The position numbers and the translations under genes were made by a program. 64,000 nt of DNA, taken from positions 8,286 to 72,285 of the forward strand of contig JAGCSI010000019.1 of assembly GCA_017964255.1 (NCBI GenBank), read 5' to 3'. The notes below the pieces were generated by a model. That model worked only from the letters and a program-made list of their open reading frames with translations. It did not search any database and had not been told where the DNA came from. This document shows positions 38,544 to 47,998 of the stretch, one piece after another (positions within the stretch are counted from its first letter, which is position 1; the number at the start of each line of letters is the position of its first letter). Origin of the DNA: Bacteroidales bacterium (GTDB taxonomy: Bacteria > Bacteroidota > Bacteroidia > Bacteroidales > WCHB1-69).

Positions 38544-40016
38544 TTATGATTTTAAGGGTTCTTTTTTGCTGATGGCCAGCAGACATAAAAATACCAATGC
38601 GCCGTTCAGAATCAGCAGTTCGAAGCCGAATTTGTAGCCGTTGAAGAGCTGTTGGGAGTTTTTGGACAGCATGTAGCAGATGCAGGGAACTAATACGGCA
38701 ATAAACGGAATAGCCCAGGTTTGGCGGATGGTGCGTTGGGTGAAGATGCTGAACACAAACAGTCCGAGGATGGGTCCGTAGGTGTAACTGGCCACCATGA
38801 AAATGGTGCGGATGATGGCATCGTTGTGGTGATTCGAGAAAATGATGATAATGGCCACGAATATCAGGGAGATAAACACATGCACGAGGCGTCTGACGGT
38901 GGTCTGTTTTTTCTCGTCGGGGAAGCGTTTCTCAATGTTCAGCATGTCGTAGCAGATGGTGGTGGTGAGGGCGGTAAAAGTGCCGTCTGCACTGGAATAT
39001 CCTGCTGAAATCAAGCCTATTACAAAGAAGATGGCAGCGACTTTGTCCAAATGGTTGAAGGCCAGTTCGGGGAAAATCTGGTCGGTCTTGCCAGCAGCGA
39101 TCAAAGCACTAAGGTCGATGCCTTTCTGCTGGGCGTAAACCAGCATGCTTCCGCCTAAAAGTAGGAACAAAACATTGACAATCACCAAAATACCGGTAAA
39201 CGACATCATGTTGCGTTGCGAGTCTTTCAAAGTTTTGCAGGACAGGTTTTTCTGCATCATATCCTGATCCAAACCGGTCATGACAATGGTAATGAACATG
39301 CCGCCGAAAATCTGTTTGAGGAAATGGGTGTTGGAATGCCAGTCGGTATTGAATGTTTTGGTGTATCCGGCCTGGTCCATTTCACGCCACATGTCGCTGA
39401 GATTGTAGCCTAACGACTTGAAAATCACAATCAAAGTGATGATCAAAGCGGTCAGCATAAAGGTGGTCTGCAGGGTGTCGGTCCATACCACGGTCTTCAA
39501 TCCGCCTTTGAAAGTGTACAAAAGAATGATGATAATCATCACACAGGCGCTAACCCATATAGGAATGCCCCAGGCATCGAAGACAAAGGTCTGCAACACA
39601 AAGATAACCAGATACATGCGAAGAGCAGATCCCAGCAGTCTCGAGAGGATGAACAGGGCAGATCCGGTTTTCTGTGCGGTATTGTCGATGCGCTGGCCAA
39701 GGAATTCGTATATGGAGGTGAGATTGTATTTATAGTAGATGGGCAGCAGCACGTAGGCGATGGTGAGGTAGCCGAGGATATAGCCAAGCACCACTCCGAA
39801 ATAAGTGAACTGGGTGGTGGCCACATCGCCAGGTACCGACATGAAGGTGACTCCCGACAGCGAAGCGCCGATCATGCCGTAAGCCACTACAAACCAAGGA
39901 GATTTGCGGTTGCCGGTGAAGTAGGTCTTGTTGTTGGCCTTGTGCGAGGTGATGCCCGTGATGACAAACAACAGGATGGTGTAGAGGATGAAGAAGCTGA
40001 AGATTAAGGTTTGCAT
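38544..40016 (-). CDS. Sodium:solute symporter family transporter
   Basis: 490 aa, ~13 hydrophobic spans. GNRKSPWFVVAYGMIGASLSGVTFMSVPG is typical of the SSF family. Confidence 0.8.
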   Translation of the reverse strand: MQTLIFSFFILYTILLFVITGITSHKANNKTYFTGNRKSPWFVVAYGMIGASLSGVTFMSVPGDVATTQFTYFGVVLGYILGYLTIAYVLLPIYYKYNLTSIYEFLGQRIDNTAQKTGSALFILSRLLGSALRMYLVIFVLQTFVFDAWGIPIWVSACVMIIIILLYTFKGGLKTVVWTDTLQTTFMLTALIITLIVIFKSLGYNLSDMWREMDQAGYTKTFNTDWHSNTHFLKQIFGGMFITIVMTGLDQDMMQKNLSCKTLKDSQRNMMSFTGILVIVNVLFLLLGGSMLVYAQQKGIDLSALIAAGKTDQIFPELAFNHLDKVAAIFFVIGLISAGYSSADGTFTALTTTICYDMLNIEKRFPDEKKQTTVRRLVHVFISLIFVAIIIIFSNHHNDAIIRTIFMVASYTYGPILGLFVFSIFTQRTIRQTWAIPFIAVLVPCICYMLSKNSQQLFNGYKFGFELLILNGALVFLCLLAISKKEPLKS

Positions 40017-40048
40017 ATCGTGTTAGATTCAACGTACATTTAAAAATG

Positions 40049-40056
40049 CAAATTTA
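40049..40056 (-). promoter_or_regulatory. Candidate -7 box (TAAATTTG) for the symporter
   Basis: Matches TAnnTTTG on the minus strand, 33 nt upstream of ATG 40016. Confidence 0.35.
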
Positions 40057-40156
40057 CATAAAAATATTGAATATATGATTTGACAGGTGAAAATTTATTT
40101 CATTTTTATTCTTTCGTTTTCATAAAAAAAACAATACTAGATTGGTGCATTTTTAT

Positions 40157-40164
40157 TATTTTTG
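40157..40164 (+). promoter_or_regulatory. Candidate -7 box (TATTTTTG) for the malic enzyme gene
   Basis: Matches TAnnTTTG, 23 nt upstream of ATG 40187. Confidence 0.4.
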
Positions 40165-40186
40165 CAACTTATTTTAAAGCAAGATA

Positions 40187-41632
40187 ATGAAGACACTTGA
40201 CAACGTAGAAACCTTCTTTCCTTCAGATTTTACTGAAGAACAAAAAGCAAAAGCCAAAACTTTATTCTTCAAGAATTTAGCCCTGAAAGCCCACCGGTTT
40301 TATGGTGGTAAAATCCAAACCGTTCCGTTGGCTCCAATTTATGGCTTCAACTGGTTCAATGTATGGTACACCCCGGGGGTGTCGGCGGTTTCCACTGCCA
40401 TTCGTGACGATAACGACCGCTCGTTTGAGCTGAGCAATCGCAAGAATCTGGTGGCGGTGGTGAGCGACAGTACCCGCGTGCTGGGTGACGGCGACTGCAC
40501 CCCTCCCGGAGGTCTTGGTGTGATGGAAGGCAAGGCTATGTTGATGAAATATCTTGGCGGCGTGGATGCCATCGCCCTCTGTGTGGATAGCCGTGATGAA
40601 AAGGGTGAGCATCAGGCAGATAAGTTGATAGACTTTGTGAAGATGGTGCAGCCATCGTTCGGAGCTATCAACTTGGAGGATATTTCCCAGCCCAATTGCT
40701 TCAAGGTGCTGGACGAATTGCGTGAGCAGTGCAATATTCCCGTTTGGCACGACGATGCTCAGGGTACCGCCTGCGTGACCTTGGCAGGTATCCTCAACGC
40801 TTTGAAGCTGACAGGCAAAAAGTTGTCGGAGATTAAAACGGTGTTGTATGGTTCAGGTGCCGCCAATACTTGTATCGCTCGCCTGATGATTAGTGATGGT
40901 GCCGACCCCAAGAAGATGATAATGTTCGATAGTAAGGAGGCCCTGCACGACCAACGGGAACGTTACAGCGGTGATGCTCGTTACTATCGTCAGTGGGAAC
41001 TGTGTAAAATTACTAATCCTGAGCATATTAAGACCGAAGAAGAAGCTTTCAAAGATGCCGATTTGTTGGTGGCGCTGTCCAAACCGGGTCCCGATACCAT
41101 CAAGCCCGAGTGGATTAAGCTGATGGCGGATAAGGCTATCGTCTTCGTGTGTGCCAACCCCGTTCCGGAAATCTATCCCTACAAGGCGAAAGAAGCTGGA
41201 GCGTACATCGTGGCTACCGGTCGTGGCGACTTCCCCAACCAGGTAAACAATTCAGTGTGTTTCCCTGCTATTTTAAAGGGAACTTTGTTGGTTTCCGCAC
41301 GTAAGATTACTGACGAGATGGCCATCTGTGCTGCCCATTCCATCGCCGACTTCGCCGAAGAGCGGGGTATCAGCGTGGACAATATCATGCCTAACATGCT
41401 CGAGAGTGCCCTCTTCCCCAAAGTGGCTGCCGATGTGGCCATGCAGGCCATCAAGGACGGTGTCGCTATCAAAAATCTAACCTGGGACGAAGTGTATCAG
41501 CAAGCTAAGAAAGATATTGACAAAGCCCATGAGATGAGCAACTTGCTGCAAGAAAAAGGCCTTATTCCCGAATTTCCAGAGGAAATCATCAAAGAAGTTG
41601 TCGCAGAGGTCGTGAAGGAAGTGAAGAAATAA
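40187..41632 (+). CDS. NAD(P)-dependent malic enzyme (short form, no PTA domain)
   Basis: 481 aa with YTPGVS, VAVVSDSTRVLGDGD, GVMEGKAMLMKYLGGVDA, INLEDISQPNCF and GSGAAN. Confidence 0.9.
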   Translation: MKTLDNVETFFPSDFTEEQKAKAKTLFFKNLALKAHRFYGGKIQTVPLAPIYGFNWFNVWYTPGVSAVSTAIRDDNDRSFELSNRKNLVAVVSDSTRVLGDGDCTPPGGLGVMEGKAMLMKYLGGVDAIALCVDSRDEKGEHQADKLIDFVKMVQPSFGAINLEDISQPNCFKVLDELREQCNIPVWHDDAQGTACVTLAGILNALKLTGKKLSEIKTVLYGSGAANTCIARLMISDGADPKKMIMFDSKEALHDQRERYSGDARYYRQWELCKITNPEHIKTEEEAFKDADLLVALSKPGPDTIKPEWIKLMADKAIVFVCANPVPEIYPYKAKEAGAYIVATGRGDFPNQVNNSVCFPAILKGTLLVSARKITDEMAICAAHSIADFAEERGISVDNIMPNMLESALFPKVAADVAMQAIKDGVAIKNLTWDEVYQQAKKDIDKAHEMSNLLQEKGLIPEFPEEIIKEVVAEVVKEVKK

Positions 41633-41869
41633 GAATTCAAAATTCAGAATTCAAAATTCAATTCCCCATCTTCTAGATTTGACGAATGAGCGAGTGCAGA
41701 GATAAAATTCCCCTTCTTCTAGAAGGGGTGCCCGAAGGGCGGGGTAGTGACGTAAATTTAATTCAAAATTCAAAATCCATAATCCATAATCCATTAACCA
41801 TAGCTTCTCACCTTCTCACCTTTCTAACCCTCCTAACCCTCCTAACCCTCCTAACCCTCTAACCCCTAG
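41633..41869. repeat. Intergenic mosaic starting at the base after the malic enzyme stop codon
   Basis: aattcaaaattc words, a core (41664-41757) that is the reverse complement of part of 8897-9094, then caaaatcc/cataatcc, (ttctcacc), (ctcctaacc)x3 and ctaacccctag. This is the same module order as 32760-32895, inverted. Confidence 0.9.
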
Positions 41870-41896
41870 AAACAATTAGCAAAAAAATAAACCATA

Positions 41897-42985
41897 ATGA
41901 AAAAAATCACATTATTATTATGTTCGGCCTTACTGGTGTTGGCCGCTTGCAACAAACATCAGAATGAATATACCCTCAACGGTCATTTGGATGATGCCGC
42001 TTTTGAAGGCAAGATGGTGTACCTGTACGACGCTTTTATGGGTACGGTAATGGATTCCACTACCATCACCAATGGCGTTTTCACTTTCAAGGACACTGTC
42101 AGTTCTCCCAAAATGGTAACCATCCGAACCAACGAGGAGGATATGAATTACAATCTGTTGGCCGTATTGGAACCGGGAACAATTTATGCTGATTTGGTGA
42201 CCGATTCATTGTCTGGCACCGCTTTGAACGATGTGCTGCACAGTTTCTTGGTGAAAGAGAATGAGTTGGGCGCAGGCTTGGAAGAAGACTACTATTCCTT
42301 GATGATGATAGAGGATGAGGAGGAACAGAAAGCTGCCATGCAAGAGTTCCAGGTGAGGTATGATGAGGCTATGGCCGAAGATAACAAGCTTATCAATCAG
42401 TATTATAACGAGAATAAGACCAATATCCTGGGTGTTTATTTCCTTAATAATATGATGGAAGTGACTTATGATCAACTGGAGACATTGTTGCAAGGTGCCG
42501 CTCCCGAAGTGGTGAACCATCCCAGCGTGCAGATGAAGATGGAGATGCTGAAAAAACTGGAAGCTACCAGGGTTGGTCAGCCCTATGCTGATATTGATGT
42601 GATTGATTTCCAGACTGGTAATGCTGCCAAATTGAGCGATTATGTGGCAGGAAAGATTGCTTTGGTGGATTTTTGGGCGTCCTGGTGCAGACCTTGCCGT
42701 GGCGAAATTCCCAATATCGCCAATATTTATAAGAAATATGGTGACAAGATCGTGGTGATCAGCCTGAATGTATGGGATAAGCCCGAGTCACAGGCAGAAG
42801 CCATTCAGGAATTGAATATGAACTGGATTCAGCTGACAGATCCCACCAAAAATGCCACCGAAGCATACGGTGTGAACGGTATTCCACAGATTATTCTCAT
42901 CGGCGCCGATGGCACTATCCTTGCCCGAGACCTCCGCAAAGAAGCGATTGAAGAAGCTGTTGTGAACGCACTAAAGGGTGCATAA
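41897..42985 (+). CDS. TlpA-family thiol:disulfide oxidoreductase lipoprotein (DUF4369 N-domain plus thioredoxin fold)
   Basis: 362 aa with lipobox LAACNK, active site WASWCRPCRGE, and GIPQIILIGADG. Confidence 0.85.
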   Translation: MKKITLLLCSALLVLAACNKHQNEYTLNGHLDDAAFEGKMVYLYDAFMGTVMDSTTITNGVFTFKDTVSSPKMVTIRTNEEDMNYNLLAVLEPGTIYADLVTDSLSGTALNDVLHSFLVKENELGAGLEEDYYSLMMIEDEEEQKAAMQEFQVRYDEAMAEDNKLINQYYNENKTNILGVYFLNNMMEVTYDQLETLLQGAAPEVVNHPSVQMKMEMLKKLEATRVGQPYADIDVIDFQTGNAAKLSDYVAGKIALVDFWASWCRPCRGEIPNIANIYKKYGDKIVVISLNVWDKPESQAEAIQELNMNWIQLTDPTKNATEAYGVNGIPQIILIGADGTILARDLRKEAIEEAVVNALKGA

Positions 42986-43012
42986 AAATTTGCTTTTTTC
43001 TTATATATTTTC

Positions 43013-43020
43013 TATTTTTG
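43013..43020 (+). promoter_or_regulatory. Candidate -7 box (TATTTTTG)
   Basis: Matches TAnnTTTG, 20 nt upstream of ATG 43040. Confidence 0.4.
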
Positions 43021-43039
43021 CGGAATTAAAACGATAAAG

Positions 43040-43645
43040 ATGTCGCGGTTGCGATTAAATGCCTGTATTTTAGTCTTTTGTATGCTCGCGGTTTTGCCTG
43101 TCTCATGCAAGAGGGAGGTTTCGCTTTGTCGTCTGCCTGATGCTGATGAATGGGCTGCGCTTCAAACTGGCGACCTTGTATTCTGTGTTGGACATTCGGC
43201 TAAAAGTGCTGCGGTGAGATTTTTGTCCTCTGACCAAAGTACATTCTCTCATGTCGGTTTTGTCGTGAAAGCGTCTGATAGTACCGGATTGATGTGCCAC
43301 ATGTCTGCCGATGACAAATGTATCGCGCAGGAATCTTTGAATAGTTATATTACAAAAAGCAATGTAACCCAGCTTGCCTTTTATCGCTTGCCCTCGTGCG
43401 TGGATGCGGATAGATTGAGTTCTGTACTGGATTCGATGTTGTTTCAGAAAGTTGTTTTTGATGAAGATTTCAATTTTTCCAGCAATGATAAATTATATTG
43501 TACAGAGTTTATCGTAAAAACATTATCCAAAGTAGGAAATCATGATTTGGATATGGTGGATACGAAAAAACATATTTATCCATCGGATCTTATCCAACAA
43601 AGTCATCTTATATTTTTGTTTGAAATACCTAACCTTATTCAATAA
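43040..43645 (+). CDS. YiiX/YaeF-like permuted papain-fold (C92) protein
   Basis: 201 aa with GDLVF...FSHVGFV...LYCTEFIVK, the permuted NlpC/P60-type order. Confidence 0.6.
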   Translation: MSRLRLNACILVFCMLAVLPVSCKREVSLCRLPDADEWAALQTGDLVFCVGHSAKSAAVRFLSSDQSTFSHVGFVVKASDSTGLMCHMSADDKCIAQESLNSYITKSNVTQLAFYRLPSCVDADRLSSVLDSMLFQKVVFDEDFNFSSNDKLYCTEFIVKTLSKVGNHDLDMVDTKKHIYPSDLIQQSHLIFLFEIPNLIQ

Positions 43646-43671
43646 TTTAATCACCTTTAAAATTAGTTATT

Positions 43672-44112
43672 ATGGACAAATTGACAAAAAATCATTTGAA
43701 ATGGGCTGTTATTATTTCATCAGCTTTAATGATCATCACTTGGTTGGCAATTCCTGCTATTGATGTGATGGGAAAAGTGAAATTTACGATGTTGAAATTC
43801 ATCACAAGTTCAGAGCTTAACCCTGGCTTTTTCAGAGTTCTCATTATTTTGTTGCTTTTACTTGCTCCCATATACGTTGTTATGGCTTTGTATAAAGATA
43901 GTGAATCATTGCAGAAAATCAAAGGGATTTTTAATTACAATAAAAAAATACTGTTTTCAATCCCGCTGATTGTTATGGTACTTTTTATTTTGGTTTTCGC
44001 CACCCAAAGTGGTATGGGTCTTGCAATTGGCTCATATTTTTATCTGATAGCAGCCATCGTGGTATGTGCGACCGCTTTTGTAAAACCAATTGATGGAGAT
44101 CCCGAGGATTAA
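43672..44112 (+). CDS. Small membrane protein (146 aa), unknown family
   Basis: Four hydrophobic spans. No motif recognised. Confidence 0.5.
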   Translation: MDKLTKNHLKWAVIISSALMIITWLAIPAIDVMGKVKFTMLKFITSSELNPGFFRVLIILLLLLAPIYVVMALYKDSESLQKIKGIFNYNKKILFSIPLIVMVLFILVFATQSGMGLAIGSYFYLIAAIVVCATAFVKPIDGDPED

Positions 44113-44137
44113 AAATGTATTAGGAGACAATAATGTA

Positions 44138-44176
44138 AAAAAGAGAGGCGCTTTTTCAAGTTGCCTCTTTTTTTGT
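44138..44176. terminator. Bidirectional intrinsic-terminator-like hairpin
   Basis: aaaaagagaggc ... gcctcttttttt is a stem flanked by an A-run and a T-run, between convergent genes. Confidence 0.6.
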
Positions 44177-44209
44177 GGTTCGCTAAAAAACAAATTTAAG
44201 ATATTTATA

Positions 44210-44325
44210 CGACCTCGAAGAGGTCGAATTTGAGTAACCCCGCACGTAAGTGTGGGGTTTTGTGGAAAGTGACCAGTACAAAGCACCGAGGGTACGACAT
44301 ATCTGTAACCCCGCACGTAAGTGTG
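44210..44325. repeat. R1-related hairpin repeats
   Basis: cgacctcgaagaggtcg plus two copies of gtaaccccgcacgtaagtgtg(ggg). Confidence 0.7.
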
Positions 44326-44336
44326 TTTTTTTTGCG

Positions 44337-45926
44337 TCAAAATCCGTTGAAATGCAAAAACAGAGGTGGAAGCAATAACAGGAATCCGATGATAATCAGT
44401 CCGATAATAAAGGGCCAGATAAACTTCACCCATTTGGCATAGGGGATACGGGCCACGCCCAACACCCCGATCAGTACGCCTGAGGTAGGGGTGATCATGT
44501 TGGTGATGCCGTCGCCAAACTGGAAGGCCAATACGGTCAATTGCCGCGAAACGCCAATAATGTCCGAAAACTCTGCCATCATCGGGATGGTGAGCGCAGC
44601 CTTGGCGGAACCTGATGGAATGAAGATGTTAAGCACCGTCTGGATGGCGTACATCGCCCCAACAGCCCCTTCTTTTCCTGTGTCGGTCATGGCTTGGGAG
44701 ATGCCATGCAGGATGGTGTCGATGATTCTGCCATCTTCTAAAATAATGATGATGCCACCAGCCATGCCCACGACCAAAGCGGCCACCATGATGTCTTTGC
44801 AGCCGTCGAGGAAAAGGCGGATGGTTTTGTCGAGCTTCAGGCTGTATGCCGCTCCTGTGGCCAATCCCATGGCAAAGAACAGTCCGGCAATTTCCATCAC
44901 ATACCAGCCGTAACCTAACACGCCTGTTACCAGCGTGATGATGGTGTAAAGCAGGATGGTGAGGATAAAATAATGCACTGATTTCCATGCACCGAGGAAG
45001 CCGATGAGCAGGTAGGTGCCTGCGATGATGGGCCATAATACAATGTTATACTGTCCGTTGCCGATGCTGATATCGGTGCGCGGGAAGCGGATAGCGCAGT
45101 AAACCATCACCACTCCGATGAGGGCATAGACTACCCAAGTGGCAATGGAGGAGGGGCGACTTTCTACAGAGGTTTCCTCCGCTTGCTTGTCACGCCAGAA
45201 TGCATCTATATCGTAAGTGATGGATTTGCTTGGATTTTTCTTGATATAGGCGGCATAGAGTAGGGTGAAGATGATGGCTACCAAGGTAAAAACACACCAG
45301 CAGATAAAGCGGTATTCGATGCCGGAGAAGGGAGCCAAACCCGATAAGCCTTGGGCGATGCCGATGGTGAAAGGGTTGAGCATGGCGCCGGCAAAACCGA
45401 CGTGGGCTGCCACATAGCACATCAGTACTCCGGTGATGGAGTCGTAGCCCATGGAGATAGCCAGGGGCACAAAGATGACAATGAAGGCAATGGTCTCTTC
45501 GCTCATGCCAAAAACAGAGCCGAAGAGACTGAACATCAAAATGATAAGAATGATGATCAAATTGTTGACCCCCAATTTGCCCAATAGCTTGTTTTGCTGA
45601 AGCCTTTGTGTTTTTTTCAGGAAGGAGTAAATGCCCACATTGATGGCGTTGGTCTCGTTCATAATCCAGAAGCCTCCGCCAATCATCAGAATGAAGACGA
45701 TGATATTGGCGGTGCGCTCGAAACCCTTAAAGAAAGAGGTGAAGATCTGCCATGTTTGCGGTTGGCTATCAACCTGATGGAAGGAATCTGACACCACCAC
45801 ATTGCGCTCGCTTCCGTCCACCGTGACGGCTTGCCGGTCGAATTCTCCGCCCGGAATGATCCAGGTCATCACAGCGCATAAAACAATGATGGAAAAGACA
45901 ATGGTAAAAGTATGGGGTATCTTCAT
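44337..45926 (-). CDS. YfcC family transporter (C4-dicarboxylate anaerobic carrier-like)
   Basis: 529 aa. MKIPHTFTIVFSIIVLCAVMTWIIPGGEFDR N-terminus is typical of YfcC; polytopic. Confidence 0.8.
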   Translation of the reverse strand: MKIPHTFTIVFSIIVLCAVMTWIIPGGEFDRQAVTVDGSERNVVVSDSFHQVDSQPQTWQIFTSFFKGFERTANIIVFILMIGGGFWIMNETNAINVGIYSFLKKTQRLQQNKLLGKLGVNNLIIILIILMFSLFGSVFGMSEETIAFIVIFVPLAISMGYDSITGVLMCYVAAHVGFAGAMLNPFTIGIAQGLSGLAPFSGIEYRFICWCVFTLVAIIFTLLYAAYIKKNPSKSITYDIDAFWRDKQAEETSVESRPSSIATWVVYALIGVVMVYCAIRFPRTDISIGNGQYNIVLWPIIAGTYLLIGFLGAWKSVHYFILTILLYTIITLVTGVLGYGWYVMEIAGLFFAMGLATGAAYSLKLDKTIRLFLDGCKDIMVAALVVGMAGGIIIILEDGRIIDTILHGISQAMTDTGKEGAVGAMYAIQTVLNIFIPSGSAKAALTIPMMAEFSDIIGVSRQLTVLAFQFGDGITNMITPTSGVLIGVLGVARIPYAKWVKFIWPFIIGLIIIGFLLLLPPLFLHFNGF

Positions 45927-46010
45927 AATCTTATGATTTGAAAAATATTATTGAAGTATTGAGAACAGCGGCAAAAATACAAAATTTTACCGATTCTTCA
46001 AAAAATAACC

Positions 46011-46042
46011 TTCTCACCTTCTCACCTTCTCACCTTCTCACC
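46011..46042. repeat. (ttctcacc)x4 tandem array
   Basis: Read directly. The same octamer array occurs at 9169-9200, 41803-41821 and, inverted, at 32797-32860. Confidence 0.95.
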
Positions 46043-46066
46043 TGAGTGCCACATTAAAAATTTTCG

Positions 46067-46074
46067 TATCTTTG
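46067..46074 (+). promoter_or_regulatory. Candidate -7 box (TATCTTTG)
   Basis: Matches TAnnTTTG, 24 nt upstream of ATG 46098. Confidence 0.4.
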
Positions 46075-46097
46075 CAGTTTCAAAATAGTATTGTGAT

Positions 46098-46514
46098 ATG
46101 GAAATGATAGGAAAATTATTGCAGAAGCTGCCTCTTCAGTCGGGTATCGGTCGTACAGGCAACAGCTGGCAGAAACAGGAATTTGTGATTGAAACCATCG
46201 AGCAGTATCCCAAGAAAGTGTGTGCCAACCTTTGGGGTGACAAATTGGATATGCTTGATACTGTGAATATTGGCGATACCGTGAAGGTGTCGTTCTCCAT
46301 TGAGTCTCGTGAGTTCAACGGCAAATGGTATACTGATGTGAAGGCTTGGAAGATAGAACCGGCCACAGAGAATCCGATGCAGGCCGCCGCTCCGGCTTAT
46401 CAGGCTACTCCCGCTACCCCTGCAGCTACTGCTGCTGCTGGGATGATGCCTCCCATGGCTTCTGACGATTTGGATACCTTCACTGATAATGGCGGTGACG
46501 ACCTGCCTTTCTAA
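46098..46514 (+). CDS. DUF3127 domain protein (OB-fold-like)
   Basis: 138 aa. GKLLQKLPLQSGIGRTGNSWQKQEFVIETIEQYPKKVCANLWGDKLD matches the DUF3127 N-terminal signature. Acidic DDLPF tail. Confidence 0.8.
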   Translation: MEMIGKLLQKLPLQSGIGRTGNSWQKQEFVIETIEQYPKKVCANLWGDKLDMLDTVNIGDTVKVSFSIESREFNGKWYTDVKAWKIEPATENPMQAAAPAYQATPATPAATAAAGMMPPMASDDLDTFTDNGGDDLPF

Positions 46515-46517
46515 GCG

Positions 46518-47366
46518 ATGAGTTACGGCGTTTGTATTTTGTCGGTGGTGCCTTTGCGTGCAGAGGCCTCCGAGCGGGCCGAAATGGTGTCGCAACTGCT
46601 TTTCGGTGATACCTACGAGTTGCTTGCCGAAGAAGGTAATTGGCTGAGAATCAAAACATCAGATTGCAGATACGAGGGCTTTCTGAACTTGAAATACCAT
46701 CATGCACTGACTGATGAGCAGTTTCAGGAGATGAAAAATGCTCCACAGTCGCTGGTGAGTGATTTCAAGACTTTGATTTGCGAAGAAAAATCCCAAACGG
46801 TTTTCCCCGTCTTCATCGGCACTTCCTTCCCTAAACCCGATGCCCAAGGCCATTTCAAGCTAGGTGATGCCGCTTTCGCTTTGCCATCTTGGTCAGCAGA
46901 CTCAGATGAGAATTCAGAATTCAAAATTCAAAATCCAAAAACAGTAGCATCGCAGGACTCCCAACTGTCAACTGTCAACTGTCAACTGTCAACTATGCTA
47001 GAGTTTGCCATGCGCTTCCTCCGCGCTCCCTACCTTTGGGGTGGCCGGACTCCTGCAGGTATTGATTGCTCAGGTTTTACTCAGTTGATATACAAGAGCA
47101 TAGGAATGCTGATTCCTCGTGATGCTTCTCAGCAAGTGGAGCTGGGACAGCCATTGGATTTCGCTTCTGAAGGTCAAATCGGCGACTTGGCGTTCTTCCA
47201 GAATGAAGAAGGCCGCATTGTGCATGTGGGCATGATTTGCGCTCCAGGCAAGATTATCCATGCTTCTGGCCAGGTGCGTATCGACAAACTTGACGATACC
47301 GGCATTTTTAACTGTGATACAGGGAAGTATTCCCATCAATTACGAATTATCAAACGTTTGTTGTAA
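46518..47366 (+). CDS. C40 (NlpC/P60) peptidase with N-terminal SH3b-like domain
   Basis: 282 aa with YLWGGRTPAGIDCSGFTQLIY (catalytic Cys) and HVGMI. Confidence 0.85.
   Translation: MSYGVCILSVVPLRAEASERAEMVSQLLFGDTYELLAEEGNWLRIKTSDCRYEGFLNLKYHHALTDEQFQEMKNAPQSLVSDFKTLICEEKSQTVFPVFIGTSFPKPDAQGHFKLGDAAFALPSWSADSDENSEFKIQNPKTVASQDSQLSTVNCQLSTMLEFAMRFLRAPYLWGGRTPAGIDCSGFTQLIYKSIGMLIPRDASQQVELGQPLDFASEGQIGDLAFFQNEEGRIVHVGMICAPGKIIHASGQVRIDKLDDTGIFNCDTGKYSHQLRIIKRLL
46910..46994. repeat. Word arrays (gaattcagaattcaaaattcaaaatcc ... (caactgt)x4) lying in frame inside the C40 peptidase CDS
   Basis: Same words as the intergenic mosaics. Translated as ENSEFKIQNPK...QLSTVNCQLST between the two domains. 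Confidence 0.9.
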
Positions 47367-47458
47367 TGGCAGATTCCTCTCAAAAAGGCATGGTGCCATC
47401 TGCGTCCCCGCAGATGAAGACAGGTGGTAATTCTATGGAGGCATCTGCGTCCTCGCAG

Positions 47459-47998
47459 ATGTATGCTGTTAACCCGTTACAGACAGAACACGTCCGTCTC
47501 CGGGCCATGGAACCCCGTGATGTAGACCTCCTTTACCGTTGGGAAAACGACCCAGAGGTGTGGAAGGTCAGCGACACCATGGTGCCTTTCTCGAAGTTCA
47601 CCTTGCAAGAGTTCATCAAGACTTCCACAATGGATATCTATGCGTCGCGGCAGCTGCGCCTGATGGTGGAGGATTGGAAAGGAAACACGGTGGGCGCCGT
47701 GGATGTGTTTGATTTTGAGCCTTTTCACCGTCGCGCCGGAATAGGTATTCTCATTGCCAAAGAGTATCGCGAAAATGGTTACGCGGAAGAGGCGGTACGT
47801 TGCGTGTGCCAGTATTTGTTTTCGGTGTTCCAATTGCATCAGGTGTATTGTAATGTAATGGAAGACAATGAGATAAGTTTGAAATTGTTTCAGCATGTCG
47901 GCTTTGTGCTGACAGGAAGAAAGAAGGATTGGATGCGGGGAAAGAACGGTTTTTTGGATGTTTTGATTTTACAGTTGATACATGAAAATGAGAAATAG
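47459..47998 (+). CDS. GNAT family N-acetyltransferase (RimJ/RimL-like)
   Basis: Start uncertain (47459 or 47413). LRAMEPRDVDLLYRWENDPEVW and a GNAT core (RRAGIGILI...GYAEEA). Confidence 0.75.
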   Translation: MYAVNPLQTEHVRLRAMEPRDVDLLYRWENDPEVWKVSDTMVPFSKFTLQEFIKTSTMDIYASRQLRLMVEDWKGNTVGAVDVFDFEPFHRRAGIGILIAKEYRENGYAEEAVRCVCQYLFSVFQLHQVYCNVMEDNEISLKLFQHVGFVLTGRKKDWMRGKNGFLDVLILQLIHENEK

